Made by a program: the position numbers and the translations under genes. The notes under the pieces were generated by a model. It searched no databases. It was not told the DNA's origin and saw nothing but the letters and a program-made list of their open reading frames with translations. A stretch of DNA of 62,069 nt, counting the filler, from Globobulimina sp. (taxonomy: Eukaryota): the NCBI GenBank assembly GCA_003354225.1. It is 30 parts of 30 records of this genome, joined end to end, with 100 filler letters (N's around TTAATTAATTAA, not from the genome) between each part and the next. Parts side by side here need not be neighbours in the genome. Positions count along the whole stretch, not along the records: positions 1 to 1,975 come from PIVH01010080.1; positions 2,076 to 4,050 come from PIVH01010081.1; positions 4,151 to 6,124 come from PIVH01010082.1; positions 6,225 to 8,198 come from PIVH01010083.1; positions 8,299 to 10,272 come from PIVH01010084.1; positions 10,373 to 12,346 come from PIVH01010085.1; 24 more parts are not named here. One strand, given 5' to 3'. Shown here piece after piece: positions 1-10,641 of the stretch (the stretch's first letter is position 1; every line of letters starts with the position of its first letter).

Positions 1-57
1 CTTCAAACTGTTCATTCACGGCCAAAATTGTGCGCCACTATGACAATCCCATCATGA

Positions 58-1929
58 ATGATGCCACAATTACTCGTAAACGATGCAGACTTTCCATCCA
101 CCTATACCTTGCGTATGGCAGCATTTTTATGTGATGAATGGCGAGATATAATGGATTATATTTGGAATACGAGTCTCCGAGCAAAAGCACGCGAAAATGC
201 ACAAATCTCCATAACTTTTTTTAAAATTCCAGTGCAACAAATCCCGCCCAATGAAATCGACCCATTACAACAGAAACAGGTCGCATTCGTTATTGATAAC
301 TCAGTCTCTGACGATGCATGGATTGAATTCAAAACTTGTTGTCATCGAATCTGTGGTACCAACGGTCTACGTATCACCAAATCCGATGCCATCAATCATG
401 TGAATGGCACACATATATTACCACCTTTATTATCCCCTCAATATCCATACTTTCCTGTCAATGAATCACTGCCTAACACGGGACCCTTAGCGTACTTATA
501 TGGCTATGTCTCATTCGCCGCGGAAACCAAACCCTGTCACGGTGCACATAACTGGTTCAAACAAATTCGTATTCGCGACGCTACGCTGCCGTGGGATGCC
601 GACGATTTACAAGTTATGGTATTTGGTAATGATTTTAATCAATTCCCCAATGTAAAAGATGGTGATTTATTGCGTTTACATCGTATTAAATTAAATTACC
701 GTCAAAGCCATAACCAATTCCAAGCAATTTTAACTTTGGATCAACGCAAACCGCCATCGTCATTTATTGTGATTGATGGAAACTTAACGATTCCACACAA
801 CAAAGAAGCGGTGAAACAGTCAAGTTCGAATAAGTTCACTTTTGATGAGGTTGTGGATGGATTTATGGTTAAATATTTGAAGAATGCGTGTCGAATAAGA
901 CTGGAACACTTAAATCCTGAGTTGGTAAATGTAAATAATATGAATATTACACCAAATGAGAATATTATCCCAAATGCATTGAGTGTGAACCAATTACCAT
1001 TGAAATTATTGAGCGAAATCAATGAAACTGACCAAAGGATCAACGTCGTAGTTATGATAAGTGGCCGATGTGAGATTGCCATGAATGTTGATGACCGGTT
1101 ACAATTTTATTGGATTATATGGGACGGGACAGAGTGTGATGTGAATGAATGTGCGGATTTATTTAAATTATATGATATGGAGAGTAACAGTGAGGACATC
1201 GATATTGAATGGAAAGTGGAGAATAATTATAGCAATGTCCATATTATTGGCTCTTTTGTGAAGTTGTTGGTGTCTCCGGATTATGAGACTGGGATTATGT
1301 GTTACAATGAGATAAAAGTTGGCTGTTTTGTGGAGTTTGCAAACTTATTGCTTGATAAAGGAAGGAAGGAACTAATTTATGACAAATGTTCTAAATTATG
1401 CACTAATATTAATGTAAAAAGTGATGCCCGCATTCAACGGAGATTAGATGCGGTTTATCATAATATTTATAGACAAACGAATGTGGTGTCGAGTGTGGCC
1501 AATGTTTATCCCCACCATCAATATCAGGCATATTCATTGATAAAAAGTGTGCTGAGTATAAAGGACATTCATTGCATGTATAGAATTCGAGGGAAATGTA
1601 TTGATTATCATCCTCAAAATATTAAACTGTTTACAGAGCATAAATGCGATGGCCAACCTGTATTGCAATTTGTTTTATGCATTCAGGACGCATCGGGTTG
1701 TATTATTAATGTAATATTTGCAGGGAAAGAGGCGGAGAGATTTTTTGGAATTGAGAATGTTGTGGATTTGGAGGATGTTAATCAGCAAAAGGAGTTGGAT
1801 AAAATCGGACATTTTATGGAAATTGTGATGGGAAATGCAAGTATCATTGATGTGTGTATTCGGTCATATAAAGTACAAAATAAATATTTAATTGCTTATA
1901 AAGCATTTGATACCATATTGATTAAATAA
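58..1929 (+). CDS. POT1: POT1/TEBP-alpha telomere ssDNA-binding protein (OB folds)
   Basis: OB1 motif IRDAT...VMVFG..FPNVKDGDLLRLHRIK. C-terminal OB motifs YRIRGKCIDYHP, FVLCIQDASG..AERFFGI and DVCIRSY..YKAFDT. Confidence 0.8.
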   Translation: MMPQLLVNDADFPSTYTLRMAAFLCDEWRDIMDYIWNTSLRAKARENAQISITFFKIPVQQIPPNEIDPLQQKQVAFVIDNSVSDDAWIEFKTCCHRICGTNGLRITKSDAINHVNGTHILPPLLSPQYPYFPVNESLPNTGPLAYLYGYVSFAAETKPCHGAHNWFKQIRIRDATLPWDADDLQVMVFGNDFNQFPNVKDGDLLRLHRIKLNYRQSHNQFQAILTLDQRKPPSSFIVIDGNLTIPHNKEAVKQSSSNKFTFDEVVDGFMVKYLKNACRIRLEHLNPELVNVNNMNITPNENIIPNALSVNQLPLKLLSEINETDQRINVVVMISGRCEIAMNVDDRLQFYWIIWDGTECDVNECADLFKLYDMESNSEDIDIEWKVENNYSNVHIIGSFVKLLVSPDYETGIMCYNEIKVGCFVEFANLLLDKGRKELIYDKCSKLCTNINVKSDARIQRRLDAVYHNIYRQTNVVSSVANVYPHHQYQAYSLIKSVLSIKDIHCMYRIRGKCIDYHPQNIKLFTEHKCDGQPVLQFVLCIQDASGCIINVIFAGKEAERFFGIENVVDLEDVNQQKELDKIGHFMEIVMGNASIIDVCIRSYKVQNKYLIAYKAFDTILIK

Positions 1930-1975
1930 ATAAATGTCTTGTTCTATTGTTTACTATTTACTTTGTGGTCACAAT

Positions 1976-2075
1976 NNNNNNNNNNNNNNNNNNNNNNNNN
2001 NNNNNNNNNNNNNNNNNNNTTAATTAATTAANNNNNNNNNNNNNNNNNNNNNNNNNNNNNNNNNNNNNNNNNNNN
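1976..2075. other. Artificial contig linker (first of 29): N44-TTAATTAATTAA-N44
   Basis: The identical 100-bp spacer with a six-frame stop cassette recurs every ~2.07 kb, and contig lengths fall steadily from 1975 to 1970 bp. Confidence 0.98.
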
Positions 2076-3718
2076 TTTCATCATTCTTATTACCATATTT
2101 CTCTTCTTCTTCTTCTTCATTTTCGTCTGCTTTTACGTGTGGATCTGGATCTGGATCATCACTAAAAAAACCATCTTCCGCATCGGAAATGCCAATATCT
2201 GATTTATAAGCAGGCACTTCATTGTACGATGCTAATCTTTGTATAACATAGTGTTTACCACCTAATTTTGAGGGGGTTTGTACGCCAATATCATCCTCTT
2301 TATTATCAGCAGAGTTAGCATCATTGACATAATATTTACCATCAAAATTGCCATAAGTTACAGACTTACGTAATATCGGTGCGATATAATATTTATTCTT
2401 GGTATCTCTGCTAAAATTATCATTATATCTCGTCACCATAAGTTTCTTTAATTTGTTTTTAAAAACAAAATAAGGAAAATATAATACTGTATACACAAAA
2501 ACGGAATGGTTTAACTTCAGTGCCCTGTGCCATAACCAATGCCGTTACCTTCCATTTAATTCTCCTCAAATCAGGAAATATATCATTCGCAAAATATATA
2601 AATATCTTCAACATTGTAATAAATCTGTCTTCGTATTGTTTATTTTTAAATGGTTTCCCTCCTTTTCTCTTTTTGGCTGAATTGCCCATTAATGTTTCTG
2701 TTCTACAATGATATAAATATTGTTTTGATTGCAATGCTTCATTGAACTGTTCAGCCAATGCTGCGGCTGACATACTTGTTTTTTTATAATATCGATCCGA
2801 CGAAATGTTTGATAATAATAAAAATAAAATGGTTAAAAAACCATAACGATTAAATATATCAAATCCGTTTTGTTTCTTAAATTGTGGTTTGTTTTTATTA
2901 TACATTTCCAATAACTTCTCTTTAATTGTTTTTAATGACGCTTTATCCATTGCAAATATATCAATATCTTCATATTCAGGAATCTGATTTATAGCATCAT
3001 TATAATTATCTTGTGATCTTTTCTTAGCAGCTGCTTGTTCTAAAACATCTGATACGAATATAGTTAATACAGAACAATAACTGTCGCAAAATAATGATGT
3101 TGGCATATTTTGTAATGTATAAATTAATGTTTTTGTCAATAAATTAATATCCATTCCATTATGCTTTCGATTGGCTTTATGTAAATCATTGCTTTGTTTA
3201 CGACCATTTACCATTAAATTATAATATAATTTTTCCACATGTTTGTTACTCGATGTTCTGGGGAATCGTTTTTCAAAAATGAATTGTGTGTTTAATATAT
3301 CTTTATGTCGATATAAGTTTTGTAATAAATAATATAATGTAAAACATGTATTGGATGGCAATGCACGTTGTTTGCACTCCATATTATATGGTAGTTTATA
3401 GGAGGAACAAAATACTCTGTAACAGGCAACAAATGCAGCGTGATCTATCTTGCCTTTTTTATGCACATCGTTGAATTTCAAAATGACTGAAGTCTCCTTG
3501 TTATAGGATATTGATAAAAGATATGGTTGCTTGCTGTGTCCGAGAGAAATTGAACTAATATTATAAATATTAAATCTGCGTTTTATGGTTTTATCTGTGC
3601 ATAATTTAAAGTTTTCAATCCCCTTTTTATATTGCATTAATTCACAATTTCGTAATTTGTAACATCGCAATGAAAATCCACCAACTCCGTCTCCTTTTTT
3701 AGCAATTACACATTCCAT
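2076..3718 (-). CDS. PH domain + RhoGAP-like protein, 3' partial; predicted intron 2446-2515
   Basis: N-terminal PH-like strand pattern. RhoGAP-like helices DINLLTKTLIYTLQNMPTSLF and TSMSAAALAEQF. A GT-AG intron joins ORFs 2459-3730 and 2020-2496 in frame. Confidence 0.6.
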
Positions 3719-3784
3719 ATCATATGTCACTATTAACTTGACTGCAGAAAAAAAATGAAAATGATGACAACTTGATATATATAT

Positions 3785-4050
3785 ATGGACTGTTTATTAG
3801 ATAAGAAAGGTAGTGGTCCACTTAGTGGATGGAGTGCTCGATGTTATAGATCGCGAAACTGTGAATTAATTCAATATAAAAGAGGCATTGAAGATTTTAA
3901 GTTATGCTCAGATAAAAATATAAAGAAAAGATATAACATAAATAATATATTATCCATATCAATTGGTCCTAAAACCCCCTATGTATTGCGTCTAGAGATT
4001 GAGACGCCATATCAATCGGATTCAGTCAATTTATTATTACAATTCATTGA
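3785..4050 (+). CDS. PH-domain paralog of the adjacent divergent gene, 3' partial
   Basis: MDCLLDKKGSG..RCYRSRNCELIQYKRGIEDFKLCSDK aligns with MECVIAKKGDG..RCYKLRNCELMQYKKGIENFKLCTDK. Confidence 0.7.
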
Positions 4051-4150
4051 NNNNNNNNNNNNNNNNNNNNNNNNNNNNNNNNNNNNNNNNNNNNTTAATT
4101 AATTAANNNNNNNNNNNNNNNNNNNNNNNNNNNNNNNNNNNNNNNNNNNN

Positions 4151-4964
4151 TCGCAGTCGACGGGCTGCCGGGCAAATTCATACAATCCCCGCCATTCTCA
4201 TCATTGCAATTTGCAAGTTCTTCATCTATTACTGCCAATTCTGATCGCTTTCTCTTTCTCTTTGCGCGTCGACCCGTTGAAGTTGTTCGTGATCGTGATC
4301 GTGATCGTAAATGTGCCATTCGGTCGGTTGAATTTGCTCGGTCGGTTGAATTTGATCGGTCGGTTGATCGGTCGGTTGAATTTGATCTAAATGTGCCATT
4401 CTTTTTTCTCTTCTTCGTAGATGTATCTCTTTCTTGCTTCGCCTGTAAAGCAGGAAACTGATTATCAAAGGCAATATCTAATCGTAATTTGAGGTCTTGA
4501 AATATAGCTTGTTGTCGCGATTCAATCTCTTCTCGTTTATAATCAGACAATTTAACTTCACGCGATGCATCCGTCTCTTTAAAATGCGCAAGAGTTAATT
4601 TGGTTTTGTATTCTTTTCTTATGGTTTCTAAATGCTTCAAGCTACATCCATTCATCGCTTCTACTAATTTTTGAATTGTTTTATATTTGGTTGATTCTCG
4701 CTCTTTTTGGAATATGATGCCATACTTTGGTTTTCCACTGAATTTCATCACGATATTTGTAAGTATTCGATATGTTGGCGGGTTCGTTTTCGTTTTGAGC
4801 ATCGCTGTCATTTCTTGCGTCCATTGCGATTTATCACCATAAAATGCTTCTTTCCATGGTATTTTCGCATCCATATGTGCCTTGTTTATAGTACATTGTG
4901 ATATTACAATGCATGAGATAAATATAATCAATTGGCAGATGCCAGAGGTTGAAGCAATGGTCAT
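4151..4964 (-). CDS. Hypothetical protein with basic, RS-rich and (S/A)NSTDR repeats, 3' partial
   Basis: Long ORF with an N-terminal hydrophobic stretch and a basic low-complexity region; no family recognised. Confidence 0.45.
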
Positions 4965-5430
4965 TTGGCGCGGTACCTATACGATTAGGAGGACTTGCGA
5001 GGGTTGGAGAGGACGAGAGGATGGTTTCTTGTTAAATTTTCGAAAAAAAAAAAACTGGAGGTATACTGGAGGTCGAAAATGTCAAATGTCAATTTTTTTC
5101 AAAGTGCATCGACAAAAATTTACATTTTGCACCAGACAGAATTTGGATAGCATCAGTATTGCGGAAGTTACAAGCATTTTGATTTTTGCGATTAGTCATC
5201 TATACTGACAAAATCTCAAACAAGTTCCATGTGAACAACTGAAAACCATTTGTCTTCAAAATACTAAGAACAAAACTGTTTGTTACGGTGGTTAAGGGAA
5301 TATTGATAAATTACGTAATTAAAATTGAACGCAGACCCTATTGTATGAATCACGTCACCATTTCATGTATTAACATTCGCATTCGTATATTTTATATACA
5401 AGCATTAAGACTGTTAAAAGTGATTATTTT

Positions 5431-5441
5431 GTGCAAGGATA
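5431..5441 (+). promoter_or_regulatory. GTGCAAGGATA motif, copy 1
   Basis: Exact 11-mer, 45 nt beyond the ceramide synthase stop codon; function unknown. Confidence 0.5.
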
Positions 5442-5486
5442 TTAATTATTATGTGTTTCACATCAAATAGTTTCTTTTTAAGGCGA

Positions 5487-6124
5487 TCATGAATCATCCA
5501 ATCCAGATTCTGTCTCGCTACGAATATCCACAAATTTATCACCTCTCCATTTCCGTATTAACATTCTAATTATCATTTGAGCCCAATAAATATGCAATCC
5601 CTACACTCAAAAAACATTATTACAATATAGCAATATCAATATCAATAGCAATATTATAGTCACTTAACTTCGATAACAAACAATAAAATGACACATGTCC
5701 AATTAAAAAACAATGGCGAATTCTCAATCCATAGCTGCTTTGAGCCAAACCGTACGATTTCATACAGAACTTTATAAGAAAAGGCCCAAATTCTCATCAC
5801 AAACCATGACAACACAAACAATCCGAAAAACAACTCCTTACCAAACGACCATCCACAATAATTTGATATCTTTGCTGATTCCAAGAAAATATCGCTATTT
5901 TCGTGTATAAATATCACCAAACTGCCAGTCCTTAAAAATGAAGCCAAATACGAGAATAATAAGCAAATAATGGTGGACCAATGGTGTATAACCAGCGCAA
6001 CAAAGTCTTTCCTGCCCGGATTGTGCCACTGGAAAAAGGTGCGCTGGATATGATATCCGATGGACAATATGTAATACCACAATAAGTATGCATCGGTTTT
6101 CTGTCGATAGGGCTCTGTGGCGGG
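5487..6124 (-). CDS. Ceramide synthase (LAG1/TLC family), 5' partial; intron 5601-5668
   Basis: Lag1 motif RKDF..LVIHHWSTI..GSLVIFIHENSDIFLESAK. Spliced last exon GLHIYWAQMIIRM..DIRSE ends at TGA 5487. Confidence 0.9.
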
Positions 6125-6224
6125 NNNNNNNNNNNNNNNNNNNNNNNNNNNNNNNNNNNNNNNNNNNNTTAATTAATTAANNNNNNNNNNNNNNNNNNNN
6201 NNNNNNNNNNNNNNNNNNNNNNNN

Positions 6225-7615
6225 GCTTATATATATTTACACACTTTTGCAGCATACAATCAATTTTTGGAAAAAGCAAAGAATGAGAAAAAACACAAGG
6301 ATCCCGATTGGATACATAAATCAAACTGTCTCTATCATGATATTTATCCAATTTGTAAACAACATTTCAGCGAACAAGAAATCGCAGAAAGCAAATTTAA
6401 AATATGTCAATGTGGTAAATTTAAAGATATTAAAAAGAAATGTGATCCTCAATATAGAATCGGATTAAATCAAGTATTGAACCAAACTGGCTATAAATTA
6501 AAAAAAGCGCATTTTGAAGATCTCGAAATGAAAATAAATAATCAAACATTCAGCATCCAGTTATTACAATCTATGGCCGGTGAAATAAAGAAAGTGACTC
6601 AGCCAAACACTAGAAAGAAATTTCTTGGCACTGCCAGTTTTCATGATAAATCTGTCTGGTTTTGCTACAATAAAACATTCATTGAATTTCGATTAAAATC
6701 AAGATATACAAACGAATATATTAAAATTGATAAAAACGCGAAATTGGTGAGGCAGGATATAGCAAATTGGTGGTACCAATGTTGGGCTGGTATCACTTCT
6801 CTCATATTTTAATAATATATTTGCAATATATATTTGCTTGAAATTCAGACGTTTTCTGATTTGCTTTTGGTTTGTTTACAGTGCATGGTTTGCGCGAAGA
6901 AAAAAAAGAAAATTTGAAGTGTAGACAGTATCTATCGATACATAAAAATTGTTTTGTGCCACGTAGTAGTTTGATAAAATGTTGCCAGCGAATTGTAATG
7001 TATTTTTATGCGGAGAATAATGAGCGATTAGATGTAGAAATCAATGGCAATGTACAGCAACGATTGGAAGAATATGAAATGAAGCCGAGAAATGGTGATA
7101 AAAATGTAGAAAGAGAGGAGGAGGAAGGATTGCAAGATGATGATGAGGATATCGATATAAATTATAATGTGGATTATAGTCAAAATACAACGCAAAGTTC
7201 GCAGAGTCAACAATCTGAGGGAACACTATCGATTATCGATGATTGTGTTATGTCCGTAAAACATGAAGAAACATATCATTCTGATTCATACGGGGCGAGA
7301 AAAGGAAAAAAAGCAAGTTACAATGAGTTGGAAAATAAGATTGCCAGATTGGAAAATAAATGTAAGAGGTTGGAAAAAGCTACAAAAGAGTTGGAACAGA
7401 AAAATAAAGATTTATCGGATAGATTGTATCAGGCTACAAATGGTAATAATAATGGAATTGAATTGCGTTCGGATTCGGTAGTGTTTACACCGCCCGATGC
7501 GTGCGGATATTTATCACATCCGCAACAATCACAAAGTCGAAATGATGAGCAGCCACCATGCAAAAAACAAAAATTAAATAATGGAACATCAAAAGCGATT
7601 AATATGCAAATTTAA
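6225..7615 (+). CDS. Hypothetical protein (Cys-containing N-terminus, acidic region, coiled coil, NLS-like PPCKKQK), 5' partial; intron ~6781-6881
   Basis: Two ORFs can be joined in phase by a GT-AG intron; no family recognised. Confidence 0.5.
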
Positions 7616-7846
7616 TAAAAAATAATATTTTACAAACTACAAAAACGAATTCCTAAAATTGAAGAAAATTGATTTCTTAGTGTTTTGAAGAAAGATTTCT
7701 TAGTTAGTTTCATGAATTTAATACTATATTCAATTGAGCCAACACAAAAACCAATGACCACATAATTATAAAAAAAGGAATCAGAATAAAACAATACGTA
7801 CACAACAAAACAAAAAAATATCATAAAAATAATCATTTTAAACAAT

Positions 7847-8198
7847 TTAATCCATACGAGATGTTACTGCTAAATGAAATAACTGTCTTTTCATATCTTT
7901 AGCAGTTTGATCCATGCTATCAACATCCCACTCCTTTCCTTGTTGCAATCTCATTAAATTATGTTTTGATCCTCGCCTCGGTCTCTCACAATTCTCAATA
8001 TTCTCCAATTTCAATTTAAAATTCTCAATCTCTGCTCTATCAGTCTCATTCAATGAATCTGATCCATTTTCATTATCATTCTCGCTCTCAGTCTCAATCG
8101 CAATTTTTTGTTGATTCATACATGTATTATTGCCATTGTCATACTGCTCAAGTAATGCATTAATGTCATCTTCATTTATTTGTGCGCTTAACTTGCGC
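7847..8198 (-). CDS. C-terminal fragment of an acidic hypothetical protein
   Basis: Open frame from the contig edge to the stop at 7847. Confidence 0.45.
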
Positions 8199-8298
8199 NN
8201 NNNNNNNNNNNNNNNNNNNNNNNNNNNNNNNNNNNNNNNNNNTTAATTAATTAANNNNNNNNNNNNNNNNNNNNNNNNNNNNNNNNNNNNNNNNNNNN

Positions 8299-9262
8299 TT
8301 AGTTTCAATTGGCCTTTGTCGATAATAGCTGTTTGAAGTATCTGCTCAGCCATTAATCCAAGTCGCCCGTTCTCTTCATTAATAACACCTACATAGTTAT
8401 CATACAAAGATTCGGTTTTGTGAATATCTTCATCTTTCAATGCTTCACACGCCAAAGCTATTGTTGAGATTGGGGTTTTAAACTCATGGGTCATATTATT
8501 AATGAAATCATTCTTCATTTCTGAAAGCCTCTTTTGCCGATAGATTGTATAAATACTAAAGGTGAAAGAGATTATAATCACAATAAATAGAATGACCGAA
8601 ACAAACATTAGTTTCCACAACTGTCTTACAATAAATGTTTTTTCGTTGGGGAAATAAATAAGTAATTTATTTGGGTATGAAAAGAGGGAGCCCAATGGTG
8701 TAAGATCGAAAACAAAACTTTCATTTAACAAAGCTTCCGGGTAACTGCCTGTTTTCTGAAGAATCATTGAATTTGTGGCAGGACTATAAATGCCAAATTC
8801 AAATTTTGTTGTGATATCCTTATTCTTAAGCGCCTGAGCTATCCTTGAATTGATGAGAGACTTATTTAGATAATAGAAATTGCCAGGTTCCTGTTGGTTA
8901 TAACTGAAGGTAAGATCACTCAACAGTTTGTTTGCCATATTTGAGCTTTGCATAAACCGATCAATATCAGTCTGACTATTAATATTATTAAAGTTGTAGT
9001 ACATTATCTGGTTTAAGGAGTCATAAACCTGAAAGGAGCTTTGATTTTCTTTATAAAACTTTCGTTGCTTTTTAATCCTCTCCTCAAGCCGTATTCTGTC
9101 AATATCAAAAATGACGGTGGTTATTGATTCTTTTACATCCCTTGTGAATATTGCCTGCTTCAACTTAACAGCATCTCGTATCCAATACACCTGTATCATC
9201 ATCAACCCTATTGTTGCTAATGTAACCAGTATAACAAAGATTATGGATGCCCACTTGTTCAT
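8299..9262 (-). CDS. Bacteroidetes two-component sensor histidine kinase (RprX-like), 3' partial
   Basis: Two TM helices; H-box KRLSEMKNDFINNMTHEFKTPISTIALA; no introns. Confidence 0.9.
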
Positions 9263-9266
9263 CCAA

Positions 9267-9366
9267 CAAAAGTAATTTATCAATTAATTGATATACAGCT
9301 TTTAACATTTATTAACAGTTGTTATATTAGCTTAACAATTGCTTATAGTTGCGTGATGTATTTTTG
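9267..9366. promoter_or_regulatory. Divergent Bacteroidetes promoters around phased TTAACA direct repeats
   Basis: TAnnTTTG -7 boxes at 9274-9267 (-, 4 nt before the kinase ATG) and 9359-9366 (+). TTAACA at 9302, 9312 and 9332, with TTATAT at 9322, at 10-bp periodicity. Confidence 0.65.
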
Positions 9367-9370
9367 TAAC

Positions 9371-9474
9371 CGAATTAGTAAACATCAAAAATTAATCATG
9401 GGTGATGCTGACCCATGAAATTCTGATTTATTTCATAATTGATAATTTTGATCCCGCTTAGGCGGGATTTTTTT
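9371..9474 (+). ncRNA. Candidate ~100-nt Bacteroidetes small RNA
   Basis: Upstream -7 box; hairpin TCATGGGT-GATGCTG-ACCCATGA (9396-9418); TTTCATAATT segment (9431-9440); plus-oriented terminator; only a 6-codon ORF inside. Confidence 0.55.
9450..9474 (+). terminator. Intrinsic terminator
   Basis: ATCCCGC-TTAG-GCGGGAT stem followed by a T-run on the + strand only. Confidence 0.8.
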
Positions 9475-9523
9475 GTTGATGGGGATTATATTTGTTTGAT
9501 ATTACTTATTGCGAAAGATGTTT

Positions 9524-10272
9524 TTAAAATGCAAACTTAATGCCCTGAGCCAATGGCAATTCTGTGCCATAATTAATGGTATTGGTTTGGCGACGCATAT
9601 ACGCTTTCCATGAATCGGAACCTGACTCACGTCCACCACCAGTATCTTTTTCACCACCAAATGCTCCACCAATTTCAGCGCCTGATGTACCGCTGTTCAC
9701 ATTGGCGATTCCACAATCGGACCCAACTTCGCTAAGAAACTGCTCTTGTTCTCTCATATTCAATGTAAATAATGATGACGATAATCCCTGTGGCACACCA
9801 TTGTTTAATCCAATTGCCTCATCTATATCAGAGTATTTCATTAAATAAATGATTGGTGCAAAGGTCTCTTCCTGAACAATATTGTAATGGTTTTTTGCCT
9901 CAGCAATTGCTGGAACCACATAGTTAGGCGAAGGATACTTTGGGTCGCTTAATACTTCACCACCGAATAATATCCTGCCTCCTTCCTTTTGTACTTCTTC
10001 AACAGCGTGTGTAAATGCGTTAACCGAATGATTATCAATAAGTGGGCCGACTAAAGTTGCATTTTCAAGAGGGTTGCCAATTTTATCAATAATCTGTTCA
10101 TATGCATGCAATAATCTTTCTTTTACTTCATCATAAACTTTTTCATGCACAATAACTCTTCGGGTTGATGTACAACGCTGTCCAGCAGTTCCAACTGCTC
10201 CAAATACTATTGAAGGAATGGCCATTTCCAAATCTGCAGAGTCGCTTACAATAACAGCATTATTGCCACCTA
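9524..10272 (-). CDS. Bacterial aldehyde dehydrogenase, ALDH7/aminoadipate-semialdehyde dehydrogenase family, 5' partial
   Basis: [79 protein letters not shown]. Confidence 0.93.
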
Positions 10273-10641
10273 NNNNNNNNNNNNNNNNNNNNNNNNNNNN
10301 NNNNNNNNNNNNNNNNTTAATTAATTAANNNNNNNNNNNNNNNNNNNNNNNNNNNNNNNNNNNNNNNNNNNNCTGTTTGATATTTGCGTGTTTCGTTAAA
10401 TGATATTGTTTCATCAAATCATATTAATAAGTTGTTGATAAATTGACAAAGAACCTGTTTTTTGTTGGTAATTGGATGACTCATTTATTTGCTTGTATAC
10501 ATACCTTCATGCTGCTCTTTTGAAAGTATATTTCCTATATTATTAATATTTCCCATAGGATTCTTGGTGACGTTTTTTAACTTGGTTTTTAGATTTTGTT
10601 GTTATTACAAACTATTTTATGAATTTTAAAATGCAAGTTAA

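Noticed and set aside
5431-5441. Similarity of GTGCAAGGATA to the U6 snRNA segment GCGCAAGGATG
   Set aside because: No ACAGAGA box or other U6 sequence flanks any copy.
9398-9418. Six-codon ORF MGDADP as a leader peptide
   Set aside because: No downstream + strand gene exists to attenuate; the ORF coincides with the hairpin arms.
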